Assembly (NCBI GenBank): GCA_051532035.1
Contig: JAOPTW010000013.1
Location: 1-64,000, forward strand
From: Fibrobacterales bacterium
GTDB taxonomy: Bacteria; Fibrobacterota; Fibrobacteria; Fibrobacterales; JAOPTW01
Direction: 5' to 3'
Length of the DNA: 64,000 nt
Of this stretch, positions 49,800-57,521 are shown piece by piece. Below the pieces are notes generated by a model. That model did not search any database. It had not been told where the DNA came from and saw only the letters and a program-made list of their open reading frames with translations. Position 1 is the stretch's first letter. The number at the start of each line of letters is the position of its first letter. The position numbers and the translations under genes are program-made.

Positions 49800-49919
49800 T
49801 GTAAGTCCTTTATTTTGTTCTATAACTTTACCATGTATTCTCGTCATTTCTTTGACAATGCTAATACTCCAATCCTATAGCCGACTAATTTCTGGTTCTC
49901 CTTGTAATTTCACTTCCAA

Positions 49920-51836
49920 TTAGAAACTACTCAACTCATTTGAAGGTGAAAATGCTATTGCTGGAGTACGAGTACTCGCAAGGCCTGCTCCAATTTTGGT
50001 CATCATTGTATTATTTGAGCCAACTATGTTCGTCCCTTCAACGAGTCCAACAAGCTCCTGCACCATATCAGACAATTCAATTGACTGAGCAGACAACTCT
50101 TCTCCTGCTGCTGCCGACTCCTCAGCAACTGCGGCATTTGATTGTGTAACTTCATCAAGACTACCAACGCTATCATTAACCTGACCAATCCCCTGTGCCT
50201 GTTCACTACTCGCAGTCGCGACCTCTGCTACAAGTTCATTGACCTTGCCCGTCGAAATCACTATCTCTTTTAAAATTGTATCAACTTCTTTTGAAACAAT
50301 CACACCATTCTCTGTATTTATTTGTGATTCTTCTATAAGCTGAGTCGTACTTTTAGCTGCCTCTGCACTGCGCAACGCAAGGTTTCGTACTTCTTCGGCA
50401 ACAACTGCAAACCCCTTACCAGCATCCCCTGCACGGGCAGCTTCTACAGCGGCGTTCAAAGCCAGCAGATTTGTCTGAAATGCCACATCTTCAATTGACT
50501 TAATTATTTTAGCAGTTTCATCACTCGATTGTTTTATTTTTTCAATTGCCTCACTCATACGGTACATTGCATCTACACCACTTCCCGCACCAAGTTGTGC
50601 TTCTTTTGCGAGACTATTAGCCTGCTCTGTATTAGTCGCATTCTGTTTGGTCATAGATGACATTTCCTCAAGACTACTCGATATTTCTTCGAGGCTTGCC
50701 GCCTGAGTAATTGCTCCCAATGACATTTCCTGCCCAGAACTCGCCACCTGTCCTGCGGCAGAATTTACTTGATCAGAACCGGCCGATAAAGAACCGATTA
50801 TTCTATTTATCGGTTTAGTAATTGATCGCACAATATAAAACACAAGTGCCAACACTGAGACTATTACGAGTAACACAGCCACAACCAATGTTATAAGTTC
50901 ACCCATTGCATCACTGCTCAAACCTTCCGCCCGAAGCGAAACTGCAGAAGCGAGTTCATCCTCTACCTCTTTGAGAAGGTTTATTTTTTGAGTAATACTG
51001 CTAAACCAATAATTGGGATCAATACCAAAATTTGACTCGCCATCCTCTCTTTTTTTAGCATCACTGTGTGCAAATGCCATGTCCCGCATTTTTTGTACAT
51101 CCGCTACCACCGGAGCAGACATTTTTTGATTATAAAATTCTAACTGACTTTGGGTTGCATTATCAAAAAAGATATTGGTATAGGTCTCCTGAGCTGCAAC
51201 GAGGGTGGTGAATTTACGGAAAAACCCATCAGGGAAATACCCCTTTGCAAAAGTATTACTCATAACCGCACGTTCAATACCGGCGCGTTCTTTGCCTTGT
51301 ATGAAACCAAGAAAGCCCCCTGATATACGAGCCATATCTGCATTCTTATTCTCTTCTGAAACCAGCTGTACCACTTTGAGCATTTTAGCATTGTGAACGG
51401 TATAGCTTTGGATAGCCTTTTGAGCAGCAATAGACATATTATCAATTTTTGGCCGTAATGAACTAAAGCCGTTCAGCAATGTAAGTGCTGCATCTACACC
51501 CTGCTTCAATTGCGGTTTATAGTCTTCATATGCTATATCCTGACAATATTCTTTTAGAGCTGCAGCTCGTTTATCAGTCAGGTTTCTTTGTTGGGCCAGC
51601 TCTGTAACAAATTTAGTGCCGTTGCTTCCTAAAAAACCGGCTGTCCTTCCACGCTCTTTTTGTGTTTCATGTATCAGCAACCGTACATGATTAGTGAGGT
51701 TTTCTAGTGCGATGACACGTCCCATATCGTTCACCATTCCATATTTGCCAACTATGGCATTAACCATAAATAAAATTGCTACTATCAATGGTATAGTAGC
51801 AACAAGCACTATTTTTCCTTTTAGACTTTTTAACAT
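49920..51836 (-). CDS. Methyl-accepting chemotaxis protein with periplasmic NIT (nitrate/nitrite-sensing) domain
   Basis: NIT motifs HETQKERG and KERAGIERA; two TMs; AFQTNLLALNAAVEAARAG.AGKGFAVVAEEVR; ends ELSSF. Confidence 0.92.
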   Translation of the reverse strand: MLKSLKGKIVLVATIPLIVAILFMVNAIVGKYGMVNDMGRVIALENLTNHVRLLIHETQKERGRTAGFLGSNGTKFVTELAQQRNLTDKRAAALKEYCQDIAYEDYKPQLKQGVDAALTLLNGFSSLRPKIDNMSIAAQKAIQSYTVHNAKMLKVVQLVSEENKNADMARISGGFLGFIQGKERAGIERAVMSNTFAKGYFPDGFFRKFTTLVAAQETYTNIFFDNATQSQLEFYNQKMSAPVVADVQKMRDMAFAHSDAKKREDGESNFGIDPNYWFSSITQKINLLKEVEDELASAVSLRAEGLSSDAMGELITLVVAVLLVIVSVLALVFYIVRSITKPINRIIGSLSAGSDQVNSAAGQVASSGQEMSLGAITQAASLEEISSSLEEMSSMTKQNATNTEQANSLAKEAQLGAGSGVDAMYRMSEAIEKIKQSSDETAKIIKSIEDVAFQTNLLALNAAVEAARAGDAGKGFAVVAEEVRNLALRSAEAAKSTTQLIEESQINTENGVIVSKEVDTILKEIVISTGKVNELVAEVATASSEQAQGIGQVNDSVGSLDEVTQSNAAVAEESAAAGEELSAQSIELSDMVQELVGLVEGTNIVGSNNTMMTKIGAGLASTRTPAIAFSPSNELSSF

Positions 51837-51928
51837 TTTGTACCTCAACTCCTACTGTATTATTTCAACTACTTTTTGCGTTAATTTCACAACTATCTAT
51901 ATGATACCTGTATACATAGTTGTACTAA

Positions 51929-51945
51929 AGCGATATACGTGCCAT
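51929..51945 (-). promoter_or_regulatory. sigma54 -24/-12 promoter of the MCP-to-cheA operon
   Basis: Minus strand TGGCACGTATATCGCT (GG-N10-GC). Confidence 0.8.
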
Positions 51946-52004
51946 TTAGTAAAGTCCGTTAATTTTTGAAATAAACTTGATTTGAGATTAAAAGATATAA
52001 GAGC

Positions 52005-52089
52005 TTCTATTTATTAGAAAATTCTGACCATTCCTGAAGCAATAGAGAGATGAGTATATTCTAAATTTTAGAATTTCTACTTTTTAGAA
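52005..52089. promoter_or_regulatory. Three perfect TTCTA-N5-TAGAA palindromes (putative activator binding sites)
   Basis: 52005 TTCTATTTATTAGAA, 52059 TTCTAAATTTTAGAA, 52075 TTCTACTTTTTAGAA. Confidence 0.75.
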
Positions 52090-52112
52090 AATTATTTTCA
52101 GACTGATTCAGG

Positions 52113-53474
52113 TTACAAATTCAGCTGTTTCCAGCAGGAATATACTGTTTGATTTGAAACTCCAAGGAGTTTTGCAGCATCGACTTTATTGCCATTACAT
52201 TTGTGAACAGCCATTCGTATAACAGTTTTTTTTATTTCATCCATGGTGGGGAATCCATCGCATTTAAAAATAAATTCATCCTCGATATTCTCTCCTGCAG
52301 ACATATCAATTTCATGACTAACGACCGCAAGACTTCCGGACAATACTGCATCAGCTACAATTCCCTCGAGCTCCCGCACATTACCGGCAAGGGGATGATT
52401 TGTTAAGTGACGTATAAGATTGCGAGAAAACATCTCCCCACCTTCTACTTCTTCACCGTTTAAATATTTATTTATAAAATGATGCACCAATAAAGGTATA
52501 TCCTCAAGGCGGTCACGCATGGCAGGCAATTTAATCCTATGTGCTTTCAGTCTAAAATAGAGGTCCTTACGAAAACCTGGCTTATCTTCTAGGGCACAAT
52601 GTGTTGCAACAATTATCCATGCATTACTCTTTTTGGGAACATCAGAACCAATGGGAAAATATTCACCTTCCTGAATAAGCCGCAACAACTTTACCTGAGA
52701 TTCGGCCGAAAGGTCACCAATCTCATCAAGGAACAAAGTACCACCGTTAGCTTTTTCAATTAGACCGGCACGTACAGTATCAGCCCCAGTAAACGCACCC
52801 TTTTTGTGTCCAAACAGTGTATCTGAAAATGCAGCATCATCAATTCCCGCAACGTTACAACAGACAAATATTTCTTTGGGGCTTCGCAGGCTATGCAACG
52901 CCTGCGCCATAAGCTCTTTACCGGTACCAGTTTCACCATTTATCATGACTGGTAATGGTGAAACTGCCACCATTTCAGCATATGAAAAAATAGACTGCAT
53001 TTTATTTGACTGAGTAACGAGTTCTTTAAATACATCAGGCTTGTCTACAGTACCTTCAATTAACTTTTTTCTAATTGTCTGATTTTCATTTTTAAGAGCT
53101 ATTACTTTTGATGAGTTTTTAAGAGTGGTTATAAGCCGCTTGTTATCGAGAGGCTTAATCATATAATCTTTCGCACCCAATTTCATACACTCAATAATCA
53201 TATCCGTCTCAGTATTTGCAGATATGATTATCACCAGAATATCTGGGTGTTCGTGGATTATTTGCTTCAACAGTTCCACACCTGATAAGCCGGGCATAGA
53301 GAGGTCTAGTAAAATTATATCTGTGTCATTTTCATTGAGATAGTTCGGAACTGCTTTACTGTCTGAAAGCGAAGAAACGTTTGAAAACCCTGCAAATTCC
53401 ATAGCAATGGAAGCACTATTGATAAAGCTTTTTTCATCATCTATTATGAGAACTTTTTCAGATATTTTTACCAT
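52113..53474 (-). CDS. NtrC-family sigma54 enhancer-binding response regulator (REC-AAA+-HTH)
   Basis: IIDDE, LLDLSMP; GETGTGKE, GAFTGA, LFLDEIG, FRKDLYFRL, GNVREL; Fis-type HTH. Confidence 0.95.
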   Translation of the reverse strand: MVKISEKVLIIDDEKSFINSASIAMEFAGFSNVSSLSDSKAVPNYLNENDTDIILLDLSMPGLSGVELLKQIIHEHPDILVIIISANTETDMIIECMKLGAKDYMIKPLDNKRLITTLKNSSKVIALKNENQTIRKKLIEGTVDKPDVFKELVTQSNKMQSIFSYAEMVAVSPLPVMINGETGTGKELMAQALHSLRSPKEIFVCCNVAGIDDAAFSDTLFGHKKGAFTGADTVRAGLIEKANGGTLFLDEIGDLSAESQVKLLRLIQEGEYFPIGSDVPKKSNAWIIVATHCALEDKPGFRKDLYFRLKAHRIKLPAMRDRLEDIPLLVHHFINKYLNGEEVEGGEMFSRNLIRHLTNHPLAGNVRELEGIVADAVLSGSLAVVSHEIDMSAGENIEDEFIFKCDGFPTMDEIKKTVIRMAVHKCNGNKVDAAKLLGVSNQTVYSCWKQLNL

Positions 53475-53504
53475 ATACTTTGTACCACAATTACATCATC
53501 ACTT

Positions 53505-54275
53505 TCAGTTATTTGTTTGAAGAGTAATTACTACTGTACTGCTATTACTCCCATTTTTACCTATTTCTACTTTGCCTGCATAATTTCCGAGTAACTGTCG
53601 TGGCACTTTCAATGCACCATCTAATATTATACTCCTATTGCTGTCCTTACCGCTTCCTTCACTCTTCTTCGTATTGGAGACCAGTTCCATTGTTATTGTC
53701 ACAAGCCTCTCTCGATGTTCAGTAGTAATCATGAGAGTATCATTTTTTCTCCCTACATCTTTTCCTAGATACACCATTATATCCACTACTGACTGCATAA
53801 GTAATTGATAATTGACAGTGACTCCGGGGCAGTTCATCTCCAGTTGCACCATGAGAGAATCAATTGATTTTTCTATTGAAGTTTTGACCAAAAGTACAGC
53901 CTGCTCTACAACGGCATTTACATCCCCAGTAGTACCTTCACTATTTTGCAAATACTGTTTCAAACTATGGGTTATTTTTTCAATAGTACCATTACATTCA
54001 TCAATACTTTTAAAAATCGAATGTGACTTCTCAGACAATAACATAATTTTTTCGTCTGTATTTGTTTCCGGGCACGTTACACTAATATTTTTAAAAATCT
54101 CTTCATACGCATCCTTTAAAAATGAGTTATTAAACTCAATCACATTCACCGCGTTTAATATATCATGAGAGATACCCGGTATTACCTGCTCTAATTTTTC
54201 TATTTTTTGAACTTTAAGCTGCTGGATGTGCTCACCACTTTCTACATAGTTATTATTATTTAGTTGTTGGCTCAT
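53505..54275 (-). CDS. Degenerate histidine kinase: intact H-box, decayed ATP-binding domain
   Basis: GISHDILN H-box; N-box reads QSVVDIMVYL; no DxGxG or GxGLG. Confidence 0.7.
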   Translation of the reverse strand: MSQQLNNNNYVESGEHIQQLKVQKIEKLEQVIPGISHDILNAVNVIEFNNSFLKDAYEEIFKNISVTCPETNTDEKIMLLSEKSHSIFKSIDECNGTIEKITHSLKQYLQNSEGTTGDVNAVVEQAVLLVKTSIEKSIDSLMVQLEMNCPGVTVNYQLLMQSVVDIMVYLGKDVGRKNDTLMITTEHRERLVTITMELVSNTKKSEGSGKDSNRSIILDGALKVPRQLLGNYAGKVEIGKNGSNSSTVVITLQTNN

Positions 54276-54543
54276 GTAGAATATTTACGTAAAGGAGTTA
54301 TAGTGCAATTATATCACATAAACATACTAGACACTACTAAATAGGCTTTTTTTTGTCCAATATCGATCCATATTACAGTTTTGTAATTTTTAGATTCAAT
54401 GTTCTTCCAGTGAGGTTGAAATACTTGATATGCATGATGGTACAAGTGCAAAAACGCTGCGTACGTTCACCAAAACGTTGTAAAATCAGGTAAATTAGAT
54501 TTACATATTGGAATAACACACTCGAATATCAGAAACATTCTTG

Positions 54544-57468
54544 CTATTGATAGGAAACAATGAGTAACCCTTTGGGGGAGTTAAGAGGAATTACGACGAT
54601 ACCATCATATACTTCTCCAGAGGATATGAGTTCGCCATGAACAGAGTATACTTTATACGATTGAGCACTATTAGGAGCATACACATTTTTAATACCAGGC
54701 ACAATGTTTGAGATAACGGTTATGGACACCTCTCTTGAAAAGTCATGAGTACCCTGAACTGGAGCCACCCTTTCCGAAGATTGTCCAATGACATCTTCTT
54801 CATGAGTGCTACTGCTGTTCTCTATAAGTGCGTTTGATGATTGGGCACTGCTCTCAATACTATCTACAGAATCGACAATTACCGTATCATCCTCAGTGAT
54901 AATAATAGCCATTGCCGTATGAGGGGTCCAAAGGGTGTCGGAATTTGGCAACACCTCTCCGATGCGATAGAGCAGTGAATCTATATTCTCTGCCACGAGT
55001 GCCTTTGGATTAAGGGTGTCAAAAAGTGAATCTGAATCTACTCCACTATACAGTGCTTCTATGCGTACCACCAGCGATAACGCTCCATTTTCCATATCAT
55101 AATCATTTTGTAACAAAGACCTCAGAGAAAAGAGAGAGTCATTGTGTATGGTATCGTTTACGGCAATTGGAGGGTTTATTATATAATTCAAAAAGCCATT
55201 ATAGAGCACTGCCCCCATGAGTATATGACCTTCATCATTAGGGTGTACTTCATCGGGCATCAAATCGAGTTTATCGAGGGTGGGGGTGTTAAAATCCACC
55301 ACAGAGAGGCCATCGTTTTCAGCGACCTTGAGTATCATAGGGATCTGTTCGGTATGAATTACTTTGCCAGAAATTGTAAAGCTTACTTCCCCTGCATGAG
55401 GCGGTAATACAAGAATAATGTGAGGTGTACTCTCAAGGGTATTTAAGGTATCGATCAGGGATTGTAAATCACTACTAAATTCACTCTTATACGACCCCCA
55501 GTTATGAGTTTTTGAATCATTCGTACCCAGCATAATTGTGACTACATCAGGTACCCACTCAAGGAGTTCCCTAAACCGTGGGGATTCAAAGTAAGGATAG
55601 TCGCCGTTCTTGAGGAGCGTTCTGCTACTATGTCCATAATTATTTACGGTAAACTTTTCTCCAAGATGCTCACGGAGGTAGTCTACATATCCCCCTGCTT
55701 CGGTGATTGAATTACCGATACATGCGACTTTTTGAGGCGTCATTGATTCAATCGGAAAGAGCGTATCGCCAAACACCCGCAGTTCTGAAAAAGTAAAATG
55801 GCCTGCATCTGCCGTTCGCTGAACCCGAACATATTGATAGGTAGAATCGAGTAGTTTTTGTGTGCGCCATGTGCCATTGGGTTCAATGGGTACTGTAGGC
55901 CCTCCCAAGGTGACAAAAGTATTAAAGGTTCTATTATTTGAAAGTACTATTTCAAAGTTTTCACGACTCTGTTCCTGATCTATATCTTGGCGCGTAACCA
56001 GCTCAACCGAAGTGATATGTACCTTCACCCCCAAGTCAACCTGATAATAGGGCTTCAATTCTTCTGAATCAGAAGCCCACAATGTTGCTTCATTGCCATC
56101 ATTACCCCTGCCCCCATCAAAACTATCTCCCCAAACAGAACTTCTACTGTGGCCCTTTTGATACGCCAGATTTCCAGTATTCTTTTCTTTGCTCTGATTC
56201 TCAATCACCAAACCAAAATCCAAGTCAAAATCAAACCAGCTCTCTGAGCAAGAGCTTGAGGTTGTTCCTGCAAGCAGGTTGCCGAGCACTGTACTACTAT
56301 TATTAAAGTAGACTTCCCAATCACGTCCATCATTAGAAGTGATGCTAAAAAAGTATGTCATCCATGGAACAAGGAAGATATCGTCATTAAATTCAATAGT
56401 ATTTACCCCGGCACTCAAAAAGGGAATACTTTGAGAATACACCGTTTTACCACTACAGTTATACCCATCTTTTATCTCAAGGGTAAATGGGGCGTCAATT
56501 GCTGTAGGGACATTCAACCACAGTTTTTTTAACGAGCCATGCACTTCCGTTACAAAGGTTTGCCCCCACTGGGCATAGGGATTGCTTTTTGAATTACTTT
56601 CGCTTGTGATTTGTTGGTAGCTATCTTGAGCACATAGGGCAGAATCTTTCATGAGGCATACCATATCAGCGAATATACGCCTTCCCTGAAGTATTATGCC
56701 AGCAGGAGTGAGATGGGTTGCATCTGCTTTTTCGAGCCCATACATCGAGGTAAAAGCAATAGCACTGTCATTACGGGCAATGTCTTGATGGTGTTGTACG
56801 ATATCAGGATCTTCTGGTATTCCCGGGAACTGTTCATCTACACCGAGTATAATAGGGAGCACACTATTTTCCGCAACGGTATTTCGCCAATATTCTATGT
56901 AGGTTTCGATATAACTGCGGTAAACACTTTCCAGAAATTCACTTCCAGAATCAGACTCTCCCTGTATCCACACAACACCACGCACGTTAATAGTGGTTCC
57001 TGCATTTTTTAATTCTGTTATCGCTTCATTAACACGGGCAATAAAGGTGTCAAATAGTCCACCTTCCCCCGGCATTTTCCAATTGTGGTATACACTTGTA
57101 CCACCCCATGCGTGTTTAAATATTGCAGGGGTATAACCCGCTCGTTTTAGCTCTCGGGCAAAGGTCACTTCAGGTCCAAAATTACCGTAACTAAATAACC
57201 CGGATTGGGAGCCAAGAGTTGTCCAGCCGTCAGATTGGTGGTCGTCAGTGTAGGTCCAGTGAAAAGGGATTTGAGCATCGAGACCTTCTGGATCAGCTGG
57301 GTATTGATTGCCGTGACCTTTATCGCCCTGCATATTTGACTGGCCCATTAACAGAAAAAGATCAACCTCTTTGGGAAGTGCTTGAATCTGCACTGACACA
57401 ATGATTCCAAAGATACACAAAGAAAAAAGTGTACTTCGCGTTCTTTTAATTGCTCGAGTTGCATTCAT
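54544..57468 (-). CDS. Bifunctional carbohydrate esterase: SASA/CE6-like domain, F5/8 domain, second SGNH/GDSL domain, Ser linker, C-terminal sorting-like domain
   Basis: GQSNM, FGPE, WIQGESD, DATH; GNSIT, LGTNDS, DEVHP. Confidence 0.82.
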   Translation of the reverse strand: MNATRAIKRTRSTLFSLCIFGIIVSVQIQALPKEVDLFLLMGQSNMQGDKGHGNQYPADPEGLDAQIPFHWTYTDDHQSDGWTTLGSQSGLFSYGNFGPEVTFARELKRAGYTPAIFKHAWGGTSVYHNWKMPGEGGLFDTFIARVNEAITELKNAGTTINVRGVVWIQGESDSGSEFLESVYRSYIETYIEYWRNTVAENSVLPIILGVDEQFPGIPEDPDIVQHHQDIARNDSAIAFTSMYGLEKADATHLTPAGIILQGRRIFADMVCLMKDSALCAQDSYQQITSESNSKSNPYAQWGQTFVTEVHGSLKKLWLNVPTAIDAPFTLEIKDGYNCSGKTVYSQSIPFLSAGVNTIEFNDDIFLVPWMTYFFSITSNDGRDWEVYFNNSSTVLGNLLAGTTSSSCSESWFDFDLDFGLVIENQSKEKNTGNLAYQKGHSRSSVWGDSFDGGRGNDGNEATLWASDSEELKPYYQVDLGVKVHITSVELVTRQDIDQEQSRENFEIVLSNNRTFNTFVTLGGPTVPIEPNGTWRTQKLLDSTYQYVRVQRTADAGHFTFSELRVFGDTLFPIESMTPQKVACIGNSITEAGGYVDYLREHLGEKFTVNNYGHSSRTLLKNGDYPYFESPRFRELLEWVPDVVTIMLGTNDSKTHNWGSYKSEFSSDLQSLIDTLNTLESTPHIILVLPPHAGEVSFTISGKVIHTEQIPMILKVAENDGLSVVDFNTPTLDKLDLMPDEVHPNDEGHILMGAVLYNGFLNYIINPPIAVNDTIHNDSLFSLRSLLQNDYDMENGALSLVVRIEALYSGVDSDSLFDTLNPKALVAENIDSLLYRIGEVLPNSDTLWTPHTAMAIIITEDDTVIVDSVDSIESSAQSSNALIENSSSTHEEDVIGQSSERVAPVQGTHDFSREVSITVISNIVPGIKNVYAPNSAQSYKVYSVHGELISSGEVYDGIVVIPLNSPKGLLIVSYQ

Positions 57469-57521
57469 TGTACCTATTCTCCTGAGCCTGAAAATCAGGG
57501 TGTGTGCTGCACGATTAATAC

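Noticed and set aside
54301..54320. TGTGA-containing CRP-like or sigma54-like site ahead of the pseudokinase
   Set aside because: Spacing and second half-site do not fit CRP, and -24 reads TG rather than GG.
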